Assembly: GCA_027078545.1 (NCBI GenBank)
Contig: JALWXN010000004.1
Span: 320,001-384,000, forward strand
Source of the DNA: Nitrososphaeria archaeon
Lineage (GTDB): Archaea; Thermoproteota; Nitrososphaeria; Geothermarchaeales; JDFR-13
Direction: 5' to 3'
DNA: 64,000 bases
How positions within the stretch are numbered: the stretch's first letter is position 1; every line of letters begins with the position of its first letter. The position numbers were made by a program, and so were the translations under genes. Under the pieces are notes generated by a model. It ran no database searches, had not been told where the DNA came from, and saw only the letters and a list, made by a program, of their open reading frames with translations. Below, in pieces: positions 38,786-47,791 of this stretch.

Positions 38786-38831
38786 CGTTGTATAAAAATA
38801 TTCATTGATGTAGTTTTTAAATCCTTTGTGG

Positions 38832-38894
38832 GCGTCGGCGGGGTGCGATGCTCATCATCCCTGGGTGTCAGGGCAGATCAGTCTCGTCATCCGC
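38832..38894 (-). ncRNA. C/D-box sRNA
   Basis: C ATGACGA, 12-nt guide, D' CTGA, C' ATGATGA, 13-nt guide, D CCGA; GCG/CGC terminal stem; intergenic. Confidence 0.8.
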
Positions 38895-38928
38895 AATAAG
38901 TATATTCTGCCTATCCAGGTCTTAATCC

Positions 38929-39708
38929 TTATCCATACTGTATCCTGAATAGCCTCTTGAAGTTCTCCCTGATCATTATGGTGACTTCTATGGGGTCCTC
39001 CTCGTAGAGCTGGGCCAGCTTCTCCACTATGAGCTTTGTATGCATCGGCTCGCCCATCCTGTTCTCTAGGGGGCCGTAGTATCGGACTGGGCCGTCGGAC
39101 TCTGTGAGTACCTGGGTCAGGGGGACTATCTCTGTGAATCTCTGTATCCTCTTAGATGTTAGGAGTGCTGGTGTGAAGCCTACGAAGTATTCCTCCTCCA
39201 CTATCTCCTTTAGGGTCTCCTCGTCGTCGGTGTACCAGTGGAAGTATGCCTCCCTCACGTCGTGCTTCCTGAGGAGTGCTAGGACGTCTTTGGCGGCTCT
39301 CCGGGAGTGTATGTTTAGGGGCTTTAGTAGGTCTTTGGAGAGCTGTATCATTGTCTCGAAGGCCTCCACCTGTTTGTCCCACATCTTCATGCTGTTGTTG
39401 TACTTCCTGTCTAGGCCGACCTCCCCTATGCATATTATTGAGTCGTGGTGCTGGGCTATTAGGTCGACCACCCTCTCCAGGTCGTCGGGGTTGTTTATCG
39501 CTGTGTAGGGGTGTATCCCTATCCCTATGTAGATCTTGTAGTTCTCCCTATACCTCCTTAGGAGCTCTAGGTTCTTGAGGCTTGTCTCGCTGTCCTCCGC
39601 CACGGAGAGTATTAGGTCTACGTCGTTCTCCACCGCCCTCTTCAGGACCTCCTCCCTTACTCCGTCGTACTCCTCTGCGTAGAGGTGGATGTGTGCGTCT
39701 ACATACAT
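38929..39708 (-). CDS. tatD: TatD-family deoxyribonuclease
   Basis: DAHIH, GIHP, IGEVGLD, IHSR, FHWY, ESDGP. Confidence 0.93.
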   Translation of the reverse strand: MYVDAHIHLYAEEYDGVREEVLKRAVENDVDLILSVAEDSETSLKNLELLRRYRENYKIYIGIGIHPYTAINNPDDLERVVDLIAQHHDSIICIGEVGLDRKYNNSMKMWDKQVEAFETMIQLSKDLLKPLNIHSRRAAKDVLALLRKHDVREAYFHWYTDDEETLKEIVEEEYFVGFTPALLTSKRIQRFTEIVPLTQVLTESDGPVRYYGPLENRMGEPMHTKLIVEKLAQLYEEDPIEVTIMIRENFKRLFRIQYG

Positions 39709-39810
39709 CCCGGCGCACCACCTAGATATTCTGGCTTCGCCGAATTAACGGATGGGTATAAACAAATTATTTTCCTGGTTGGTGGATGAATATTTTCTTG
39801 GTGTCCTTCC

Positions 39811-40077
39811 ATGGGTATAGCTAAGTATACTGCTCATCGGGTTATGAAGGCGGCTGCTGGCCGCCGTGTGAGCCTCGAGGCTGCTGACCTGGCTGCTAAG
39901 TACCTGACCTATGTGGCTGGTGAGCTGGCTCTGAAGGCTGCTAGGATCGCTAGGGAGTCGGGGAGGACTGTGATTAAGAAGAGGGATGTGGCTCTCGTCC
40001 TGGAGATCATGGGTATCGATGTGGATCTCCTGGAGAAGGGTATGCTAAGGCCTGGTGGAACCGCCTCTGAGGGGTAG
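39811..40077 (+). CDS. Archaeal histone (variant with C-terminal tail)
   Basis: Colinear with HMf-type fold: R10, R19-V-S, G51-R52, I55-K56, D59, L62. Confidence 0.85.
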   Translation: MGIAKYTAHRVMKAAAGRRVSLEAADLAAKYLTYVAGELALKAARIARESGRTVIKKRDVALVLEIMGIDVDLLEKGMLRPGGTASEG

Positions 40078-40119
40078 GAGAAATATTTAAGCATCCCGGC
40101 ACCATAATTTGAGTTGGAT

Positions 40120-40213
40120 GCCCCGGTGGTGTAGCCCGGTCAAGCATACCGGCCTCTCGAGCGTCTTGACCGGTGCGAGCCGGTGAACCCGGGTTCAAAT
40201 CCCGGCCGGGGCA
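40120..40213 (+). tRNA. tRNA-Glu(CTC) with 18-nt intron (about 40160-40177)
   Basis: GCCCCGG acceptor; CCGGC-CT-CTC-G[intron]A-GCCGG; GTTCAAATC; CCA not encoded; TTTAAG about 30 nt upstream. Confidence 0.92.
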
Positions 40214-40215
40214 CC

Positions 40216-40779
40216 TCATATCTCCTTGAATCTCTGGTCTTTCCAGACGTATCCCCGCTCGTGGTATCCAAGGGCCTCCCAGTACCCGTCTATATATCTG
40301 TCGATGAGCTCTATCTCGACTATCCACTTCGCGCTCTTCCAGCCGTATAGGTGTGGTATGAATATCCTTGCTGGGAAGCCGTGCTCCTCTGGTAGGGGCT
40401 CCCCATTCATCTTCAGGACTATCATGGCGTCCTCGCTGGCTAGGTCCTTGTAGGGAACGACCGTTGTGTATCCGTCTGCTGATTTTATGTATCCCCACTC
40501 CACGTTCTCCCTGGGCCTCGCCATCCCGAGTAGCTTCTTCATGCTTACGCCTTCCCACTCGACGTCCTCTACGGTCCAGCCTGTTACGCAGTGGAAGTCC
40601 CTGGTTATCTTCTTGTCCATCATGTTGATCAGGTCGTTGTAGCTTAGGCTTACTGGGTTCTCGACGAGCCCTGTTATGGATAGTCTCCATGTCTTTATGT
40701 CTATCCTGGGCTGGCCTAGGATCCGGTAGATCACGAAGCTTGGGATGCTCCTCTGCCCGGGTGGGAGTCTGTCGGCCAT
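40216..40779 (-). CDS. Sulfite-oxidase-like molybdopterin oxidoreductase
   Basis: LPPGQ, DFHCVTGW, EHGFPAR, YGWKSAKW, GYWE..GYH. Confidence 0.9.
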   Translation of the reverse strand: MADRLPPGQRSIPSFVIYRILGQPRIDIKTWRLSITGLVENPVSLSYNDLINMMDKKITRDFHCVTGWTVEDVEWEGVSMKKLLGMARPRENVEWGYIKSADGYTTVVPYKDLASEDAMIVLKMNGEPLPEEHGFPARIFIPHLYGWKSAKWIVEIELIDRYIDGYWEALGYHERGYVWKDQRFKEI

Positions 40780-40780
40780 A

Positions 40781-41101
40781 CTAACCACCTATGGTCAAGA
40801 CGGTGAGTATGTGTCTACCCTCCCGGGTGACTACTCTACATCCTATATAGCCCTCCCCCAGTATGTATCTGAATCTATATATCATGTAGTTTGTACCGAT
40901 GTCCTCGTTATCGGTGAAGACTGTCTCAAGTATCTCTATCCCCAGCTCCTCCTCCACTATTCTCCGTAGCCTATTAACGTATACCCATACATCGGTTATG
41001 TCCCGCATAGTCTCGTTGGTCTTGTGGTATGCGACCCTCCTGACCCCCTTCTTGGCTAGGCTGGGGGTATCTAGGAGTATTAGCTGGGTCTCCATGGCCA
41101 T
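40781..41101 (-). CDS. Hypothetical protein
   Basis: Protein-like ORF filling the gap, abutting the oxidoreductase. Confidence 0.6.
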   Translation of the reverse strand: MAMETQLILLDTPSLAKKGVRRVAYHKTNETMRDITDVWVYVNRLRRIVEEELGIEILETVFTDNEDIGTNYMIYRFRYILGEGYIGCRVVTREGRHILTVLTIGG

Positions 41102-41134
41102 ATAATAAGGTGTGGCTCCCGATTATATTGCTAG

Positions 41135-42244
41135 GTGTCCTCGATGAAGACGACGGTATCTGTTATCAAGGCCGATATTGGGAGTATAGCTGGCCATGTA
41201 ACGGTCCCGGATGAGTTGAAGGAGTTTACCTCTAGGAAGATGGCTGAGTATGTGGAGACGGGGCTTATAAATAGTTTCTACGTCACCAATGCTGGTGATG
41301 ATCTCCAGCTGATATTCACCCATAACAGGGGTGTGGATAACCCTGAGATACATGAGATGGCATGGAAGGTCTTCAGCGAGGCTACGGAGAAGGTTTCTAA
41401 GAGGCTCAAGCTCTACGCGGCTGGGCAGGACCTCCTGAAGGACGCTTTTAGCGGGAATATCAAGGGTATGGGGCCTGGCGTGGCTGAGATCGAGTTTGAG
41501 GAGCGGAAGAGCGACCCTATAGCGGTCTTCATGGCTGATAAGACTGAGCCTGGTGCCTGGAACATCTATCTATACAAGATATTTGGGGATCCCTTCAACA
41601 CGGCTGGCCTAGTGATAGATCCGAGGATGCATGATGGCTTCGTCTTCAGGGTCCTAGATGTTGTGGAGGGGTTGGAGGCTGATCTCAGCCTGCCTGAGGA
41701 TACCTATGACCTCCTAGCCATCATCGGTACCCAGAGTAGGTATGTGATCAAGGAGGTTAGGAGGAAGTCTGACGGGGAGATAGCTGCCGCTGCATCCACG
41801 ACTAGGCTCTCCCTGATCGCTGGGCGATACGTGGGTAAGGATGATCCTGTCCTCATTGTCCGTGCCCAGAGCGGGTTCCCAGCGATGGGTGAGATACTGG
41901 AGGCCTTCTCTAAGCCATACCTAGTGGCTGGTTGGATGAGGGGTAGCCACTACGGGCCCCTGATGCCTGTTCCCCTGAGGTATTCCAAGGTGACCCGTTT
42001 CGACGGGCCTCCAAGGGTTATAGGCCTGGGCTTCCAGGTGACTGATGGTAAGCTCATAGGGCCTGTGGACCTGTTCGATGATCCGGCCTTTGACAGGGTA
42101 AGGGAATGGGCCTCCGACGTGACTGAGTATATCAGGCTGCATGGACCCTTCATGCCCCATAGGCTGGGGCCTGAGGAGATGGAGTACACCACTCTTCCAC
42201 AGGTCTTGAAGAAGCTTGAGGGTAGGTGGGAGAAGGCTGAGTAG
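41135..42244 (+). CDS. fbp: Fructose-1,6-bisphosphate aldolase/phosphatase (class V)
   Basis: KADIG..AGH, GDD, YAAGQDLL, DKTEPG, YVGKDDP, GWMRGSH. Confidence 0.97.
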   Translation: MSSMKTTVSVIKADIGSIAGHVTVPDELKEFTSRKMAEYVETGLINSFYVTNAGDDLQLIFTHNRGVDNPEIHEMAWKVFSEATEKVSKRLKLYAAGQDLLKDAFSGNIKGMGPGVAEIEFEERKSDPIAVFMADKTEPGAWNIYLYKIFGDPFNTAGLVIDPRMHDGFVFRVLDVVEGLEADLSLPEDTYDLLAIIGTQSRYVIKEVRRKSDGEIAAAASTTRLSLIAGRYVGKDDPVLIVRAQSGFPAMGEILEAFSKPYLVAGWMRGSHYGPLMPVPLRYSKVTRFDGPPRVIGLGFQVTDGKLIGPVDLFDDPAFDRVREWASDVTEYIRLHGPFMPHRLGPEEMEYTTLPQVLKKLEGRWEKAE

Positions 42245-42253
42245 CCCTACCCA

Positions 42254-43384
42254 CTACCCCAGCCTATACTCCTTTCTCCATACCGTTATCTTCTCGAGGT
42301 ATTCCCAGTCTATCTCCACACCTATACCGGGCTTCTCGGGTGCCCATATCCTGCCCTGGCTATCGACCTCCCACGGCTCCACGACTATGTCCTTCTCATA
42401 GTAGCGGTTACTAGCTGATACGTCTGATGGATACTTAACGTTTGGGAGCGTGGTTAGTGCCACGTTGAATCCCCTGCCGACTCCTGTCTCCAGCATCCCG
42501 CCTATCCAGACTGGGACGCCTCTCTCCATAGCCTCGTCGTGGATCGCTAGGCTCTCGAGTAGGCCGCCCACCCTTCCAGGCTTGATGTTTATCACCTCAG
42601 CCGCCCCTAGATCCATCGCCTCCTGGGCCACGTATCTATTGGTTATGGTCTCGTCTAGGCATATGGGTGTCTCCATGGCCTGGGCCAGCTCTGCATGCCC
42701 CCTTAGGCTCCACCAGGGGTATGGCTGCTCCAGGTAGAGTAGGCCGTACCTATCCAGGCCTGTGAGTAGCTCCTTGTCGCCCGGCATGTAGTCCCCGTTG
42801 GCGTCGGCTGTCAAGGCTATGTCTGGGTATTCCCGTCTTATGGCTCTTAGTATCTCGTGCTCAAGCCCCTTCTCTATCTTGACCTTTATCCTCCTATAGC
42901 CCTGGTCTAGGAAGCTGGCTATCCTCCTTAGGAGCTGGTCTGTGTCGCCCTGTATACCTATGCTTACACCTACCTCTCCATACCTCCTGACACCGCCTAT
43001 ATACCTGTATAGGGGCCTCCCCTCGAGCCTGGCGTTCAGATCCCAGAGCGCCATCTCTATCGAGGCCTTCGCCATGTTATGCCCCTTTATCCAGCCCACC
43101 CTCTCCATGAATGCCTCTGGAGTAGTGACGCTGCTGTCTATGGAGGGTATGATGTATCTATCGAGTACGTAGGCGGCTATGTCTATGGATTCGTAGGAGT
43201 ATCTGGGCTGATATCCAGCTACGCACTCGCCGTAGCCATGCTCCCCACTCCTGGTCTCCACCACGGCTATGTAGGTATACTTCTCCCTCTCCACCCCGAA
43301 GCTGGTCCTGAAGGGGTGTATCAGTGGGAGTCTTATCCCGTAGAGGGTTATCCTCCTAAGCTCCTCACCATGTCGACTCGTCAT
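42254..43384 (-). CDS. OSBS / N-acylamino acid racemase (enolase superfamily)
   Basis: F.TSFG, KVKI, DAN, EQP, CLDE, NIKPGRVGG, GGMLETG. Confidence 0.88.
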   Translation of the reverse strand: MTSRHGEELRRITLYGIRLPLIHPFRTSFGVEREKYTYIAVVETRSGEHGYGECVAGYQPRYSYESIDIAAYVLDRYIIPSIDSSVTTPEAFMERVGWIKGHNMAKASIEMALWDLNARLEGRPLYRYIGGVRRYGEVGVSIGIQGDTDQLLRRIASFLDQGYRRIKVKIEKGLEHEILRAIRREYPDIALTADANGDYMPGDKELLTGLDRYGLLYLEQPYPWWSLRGHAELAQAMETPICLDETITNRYVAQEAMDLGAAEVINIKPGRVGGLLESLAIHDEAMERGVPVWIGGMLETGVGRGFNVALTTLPNVKYPSDVSASNRYYEKDIVVEPWEVDSQGRIWAPEKPGIGVEIDWEYLEKITVWRKEYRLG

Positions 43385-44189
43385 ATGGGTCGAACCCCTG
43401 TGTCAATATATATGCGTAGTGCTCACCCGTCTTTACGAAGTAGCTGGCGACGTAGCCCGTGCTGAAGGCGTCTCTAAACACCTTCCTAAGCGTCAGCTTC
43501 CACCTGATCTTAGCCTGCTGAGTAGCCTCTCCCAGGTTGTCGAAGTCGCGGGGTATCTCGACCGCTAAATACTTGGAGTCGCTGGGCTCCAGTGTCCTGG
43601 GGTAGAGCGTACCATTTATCTCCTCTACCCTGACTAGGTACTCTACATCGTCGAACTCTGATATCCTCCTCTTCCTCGGCCTCTTCTCGATCCATGGCGA
43701 TGCTATGTGCCACTCCGTCATGAACCTGTCGCTGGGGACTCCTCTGTTGAGCTCGTCCTCCATAGTCCCGTAGTGGTTTGGCAGGTATGTCCTGGCTATT
43801 GTCCCTAGCTTATTGATGTTTAGCCATGCGTTCTTCGACCTGGCGGGGTCGAAGGTCCAGATAACGAGGTCATACCCGTTCTCCAGGCTCCACTCCCGCT
43901 GGGCCTGTTTAAGCATGGCCCCTATACCCCTGTCCTGATACTCCGGTAAGACTGCTAGTTGGTGGCTATAGATACAGTACTTCCCGTGGAACCGGCCTAT
44001 GAAGCCGTATACGAAGCCGACCAGCTCCCCATCTACATATGCCCCCTTAACCACTCCGCCGACCTCCTTGATCGCCACTATTATGTGGTGTGGCGTGACC
44101 TCGCTCCCCCAGACCCTCATCTGTATATCGACGAACCTCCGTATCTCGTCGGGATCCACGACGTCCCTAACCACTACATCGCCAGCCAT
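43365..44189 (-). CDS. GNAT acyltransferase (D-amino acid N-succinyltransferase-like)
   Basis: YSHQLAV.P, LK.AQR, WTFDP...NA.LN..KLG, SDR...EW. Confidence 0.82.
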   Translation of the reverse strand: MAGDVVVRDVVDPDEIRRFVDIQMRVWGSEVTPHHIIVAIKEVGGVVKGAYVDGELVGFVYGFIGRFHGKYCIYSHQLAVLPEYQDRGIGAMLKQAQREWSLENGYDLVIWTFDPARSKNAWLNINKLGTIARTYLPNHYGTMEDELNRGVPSDRFMTEWHIASPWIEKRPRKRRISEFDDVEYLVRVEEINGTLYPRTLEPSDSKYLAVEIPRDFDNLGEATQQAKIRWKLTLRKVFRDAFSTGYVASYFVKTGEHYAYILTQGFDPYDESTW

Positions 44190-44233
44190 TATAGGAAATA
44201 ATATTTCACCATCCAGGCGTAATATCTTAGTCC

Positions 44234-44911
44234 ATGGATAGGCGGACATTCATCATAAACTGTAAGAACTATAGGGAGGGGAGTGGTGAGAAGGCGGCAA
44301 GGCTCCTAGAGTATGCCGAGGCGGCTAGCCACAACTTCGGTGTAGAGGTCTTGGTCGCCCCTCCCCTCCTAGACACCTACTACCTAGCCAGGAGGTACTC
44401 GGGCCACATAATATCCCAGGCCGTCGACACGGTTGGCTATGGATCCTCCACGGGGCATATTCCTATGGAGCGCCTACTAGACATGGGGATAGACATTAGC
44501 CTCCTGAACCACTCGGAGAACAGGGTTCCCCACACCATGATCAGGGACCTATACATTGCGGCGGAGTCTAGGGGCTTCAGGCTCGTCATATGTGTAGCCT
44601 CTGTGGAGGAGCTGGAGGAGCTCCTAAGCATGGATGTGACGCCCTACGCCTATGCCTATGAGCCCCCAGAGCTGATAGGGAGTGGGAGGTCAGTATCGAG
44701 GTATGCCGGGGAGGAGCTGCAACGCTTCACGGAGAGGTGTAGGGAGGCCGGTGTAAAGCCGCTGTGCGGCGCGGGGATAACGAATGAGGAGGATGTGGAG
44801 CTGGCTGTGGAGTATGGCTCCGAAGGCATCCTAGTGGCCAGCGGGATAGTCAAGCACCCCAACCCATTGGAGCCGATAAACAGGTTCAGCCACATACTGG
44901 CTAGGGACTAG
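44234..44911 (+). CDS. tpiA: Triosephosphate isomerase (archaeal type)
   Basis: INCKNY, G..TG, LNHSE, YEPPELIG.G, GAGI, ILVAS. Confidence 0.95.
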   Translation: MDRRTFIINCKNYREGSGEKAARLLEYAEAASHNFGVEVLVAPPLLDTYYLARRYSGHIISQAVDTVGYGSSTGHIPMERLLDMGIDISLLNHSENRVPHTMIRDLYIAAESRGFRLVICVASVEELEELLSMDVTPYAYAYEPPELIGSGRSVSRYAGEELQRFTERCREAGVKPLCGAGITNEEDVELAVEYGSEGILVASGIVKHPNPLEPINRFSHILARD

Positions 44912-45653
44912 CCACGAGCCTATAGACATTAGCCTCGTCCAAAGGATTGTTAGCCCGGTAGAAGGATATAGCCCTCACATCACTCCTGGTAGGCCTGACA
45001 CCCCTCAAGACCCTTACGACGGATAGATAGTTCTTACCAAGCCTCCTAGCCAGCCTGGCGGCCTCCACGAGTAGCCTCGTACCTATACGCCTCCTCCAGA
45101 AGGGCCTAGCCACGTGTATACCATAGTCCACATTACTACTCACCGGGTTGTAGTATGCAGAGCCCACGGGATCGCCACCCATTTTAGCTATGAGGACATA
45201 AGACTCCCTGGGAGGCGATACATAGAAGCCCCAGCTACTCCTCTGAACCGCCTCAACCATTCGGAGCGGCTCAGCCTCACCAGGCGGATACACCTCCACA
45301 ACAACCTCCCCATTAGGCTGTAGAAACCCTCCATCCACACTATAGATGAAGACCTTGCTCCACCTGTCATACAACCCAGATGGAAGCACATCCCGAGTAA
45401 CCACCAAGACAGCTACACCCTCCCCAGGACCCCTCCCCACACCCTCCAGACAGTTCTCCACTCCATCGAGACAGAGATAGATATAGGCAGCCCTCCACCT
45501 CCTACCACGGCGCCACCTAACAAAGACTACGGGAGGATCACCACCCACAACCTCCACCGAGGCTACACTCCTAGCCCAGAAAACACCAAGATAACCAATC
45601 GAGCCAAGCCACCCAGAAAAACAATCAACAGACTCGAAGGGATAGACACACAA
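44901..45653 (-). CDS. GNAT-domain protein
   Basis: C-term IHV...FWRRRIG.RLL, A..FY. Confidence 0.7.
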   Translation of the reverse strand: MCVYPFESVDCFSGWLGSIGYLGVFWARSVASVEVVGGDPPVVFVRWRRGRRWRAAYIYLCLDGVENCLEGVGRGPGEGVAVLVVTRDVLPSGLYDRWSKVFIYSVDGGFLQPNGEVVVEVYPPGEAEPLRMVEAVQRSSWGFYVSPPRESYVLIAKMGGDPVGSAYYNPVSSNVDYGIHVARPFWRRRIGTRLLVEAARLARRLGKNYLSVVRVLRGVRPTRSDVRAISFYRANNPLDEANVYRLVASP

Positions 45654-45858
45654 CCAGACCTCCCCCCCTAATTAACATAATACTTGTTGCACCCCCTCAC
45701 ATTTCAGGCTCTATACTTTAGTGTCTCTACATCGAATCAATGCGTCTCAACGGCTTTATTTTTAGACTCTGCCAAGTCCCATTAGAAAGTATCTCGAGAT
45801 ATGGTTATCTCAAGTTTCCCTGTTTTAAAGTCTGATCAATGCATATTATCATGATCAG

Positions 45859-46500
45859 GTGATCCTGCTGCCAAGGAGGTCTAAGTTGCAGGAAGCAATG
45901 GAAAAGTACGGGAACGAGGTCAGAAGTAAGATAATTAGCAATGAGTTTATTGAAGCGGTTGGAATATTTGATCCGATTCCTAAAAGAAAATGTATAAGAG
46001 TAAAATTAGCCAGGCCTCCCATTAATATTAAAAATCGCCAATTTAGGATTATCAAGGTGGAAGACCTGGAGGATTATGAGGTCTTTATTCAAATTCCGGG
46101 GGAGAAATCCGAATATGACTTTTTCGTGTGGAGAGCTGTATATGATGACGGTAATCTTCAGGATCTCAAGATTCCATCCCATGACGACTTAGGTAGAATG
46201 TACTTAAACTTGAAGGCTGAACATGATTTAATAGAGGAATATCTAATTAATGCAACACTAAGGTTCATAAGGGACAGACAACCTATAAAAACCATAATAA
46301 CTAGATATTTTTCTGAGCTTAACCAACACTTAATCAAGCGTATAAAAGAATTTCTGTTGACATTAAAATGGATAGCGATACAAGAAGATGCTAACTATCC
46401 ACCTCCTAACTTGGGTTCAATATACTCCCTGTCAGTTTATGCTATACTTGAAGTAACTAACGATCTTAAATCCATACGTAGAATAATAAGGTTCCGGTAG
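45859..46500 (+). CDS. Hypothetical protein, candidate restriction endonuclease
   Basis: Low GC; co-oriented directly upstream of a DNA methyltransferase; no family recognised. Confidence 0.5.
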   Translation: MILLPRRSKLQEAMEKYGNEVRSKIISNEFIEAVGIFDPIPKRKCIRVKLARPPINIKNRQFRIIKVEDLEDYEVFIQIPGEKSEYDFFVWRAVYDDGNLQDLKIPSHDDLGRMYLNLKAEHDLIEEYLINATLRFIRDRQPIKTIITRYFSELNQHLIKRIKEFLLTLKWIAIQEDANYPPPNLGSIYSLSVYAILEVTNDLKSIRRIIRFR

Positions 46501-46545
46501 TGATTCACCCATCGTGGCTAAAAGGGTGAAGACCTTAGAGGTAGT

Positions 46546-47568
46546 GTGAATATGATTAAAATGCGCAAGGTGACATACGAGGAATATCTTAACTACCTAG
46601 AAAAGAATAAAGAGATAGAAATTGAAGGTAGTAGGATTAGTCTTGACCCCATAAATGTTAAGCGAATATATCCATCTATGGTTGAGCTCACAGATGTTTC
46701 TACCACAGTTTGGAGTTTTCCCAAAAGGGGTTCATGGGCTACACACAGGGGTGATTATCGTGGAAACTGGCCTCCGCAGATGGCTCGTGCATTAATATTA
46801 GGATATTCAAAACCTGGAGACACAGTCTTGGATCCTATGATAGGCAGTGGAACTACTTGCATCGAAGCGAAACTCCTTGGCAGAAATTGTATAGGCATAG
46901 ATATAAACTATAACTCGGTTATATTGACATTGCACAGGTTATACTGGCTTGAGAGATATTTAGAAAGAGTAGCTAAATCTGGAGATAACCTTTATAGGTG
47001 GCTTCATAAAAGTACTAATACAGAGAATAACGATGAGAACATAAGCATTCAAGACATGCTTAGAGCAAAAGTGGAAATATACCATGGAGACGCGAGATAT
47101 CTCGATAAAATCTCAAGCAACAGTATTGATTTAGTCGCTACACATCCACCCTATTACAACATCATAAAATACGGTGGTAAATCTAGGACTCCCGGAGACT
47201 TATCAATGGCTAGGAGCTTAGAAGAATATCTTGAGATGATCTGGCAAGTTGCTAGGGAAGCCTACAGAGTACTTAAACCAGGCAAGCATATAGGCATATT
47301 AGTTGGAGATACCCGAAGGTATAAGCACTATGTGCCAATAACTCACTATGTCCTAGATATTCTTCTCAAAACTGGATTCATTCTTAAGGAAGAAGTTGTA
47401 AAAATACAGCATAAAATGAAAACTACAAGAGAAAAGTGGAGGAAGTTGAAAAGTAGGGATTTTCTGTTAATCTATCATGAAAAACTTTTTATACTGAGAA
47501 AACCCTACGGTAATGACGACTACCAGAAGTATAAATACAGCTCAAAGCTGGACTTTAATTTGATCTGA
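46546..47568 (+). CDS. N4-C/N6-A DNA methyltransferase
   Basis: Motif I VLDPMIGSGTT precedes motif IV THPPY; HE.L.I.RK. Confidence 0.88.
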   Translation: MNMIKMRKVTYEEYLNYLEKNKEIEIEGSRISLDPINVKRIYPSMVELTDVSTTVWSFPKRGSWATHRGDYRGNWPPQMARALILGYSKPGDTVLDPMIGSGTTCIEAKLLGRNCIGIDINYNSVILTLHRLYWLERYLERVAKSGDNLYRWLHKSTNTENNDENISIQDMLRAKVEIYHGDARYLDKISSNSIDLVATHPPYYNIIKYGGKSRTPGDLSMARSLEEYLEMIWQVAREAYRVLKPGKHIGILVGDTRRYKHYVPITHYVLDILLKTGFILKEEVVKIQHKMKTTREKWRKLKSRDFLLIYHEKLFILRKPYGNDDYQKYKYSSKLDFNLI

Positions 47569-47617
47569 AGTTATGAATTTCTTATAATCAAAAGAATTTT
47601 GTTCTGAAATGATTATG

Positions 47618-47696
47618 TGGCGGGCCCGCCGGGATTTGAACCCGGGTTCTCCGGCTCCGGAGGCCGGCGCCCTGGTCCTGGCTAGGCTACGGGCCC
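47618..47696 (-). tRNA. tRNA-Arg(CCG), CCA encoded
   Basis: CCGGC-CT-CCG-GA-GCCGG arm, GTTCAAATC, GCCA end. Confidence 0.96.
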
Positions 47697-47791
47697 GTGT
47701 TGGGTATATCCTCCTTATATTGGATGTTCTTGTTAATTTGTTATTGTTTATCTCTGTATGCCTGGTTTCTCTGGGTGTGTGGTGAGGCTGG

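Larger units (their letters stand above)
45660..47617. mobile_element. Low-GC islet at the 3' end of tRNA-Arg(CCG)
   Basis: Abrupt shift to AT-rich sequence and AAA/AGA/TTA codons; no integrase or att duplicate seen. Confidence 0.65.

Noticed and set aside
45660-45858. att duplicate of tRNA-Arg at the islet's far end (also checked 58877-58938 and 59587-59600)
   Set aside because: No convincing copy of the tRNA 3' half
45660-47790. Replication origin at the skew switch
   Set aside because: No ORB repeats or cdc6/orc1; skew decays within under 1 kb
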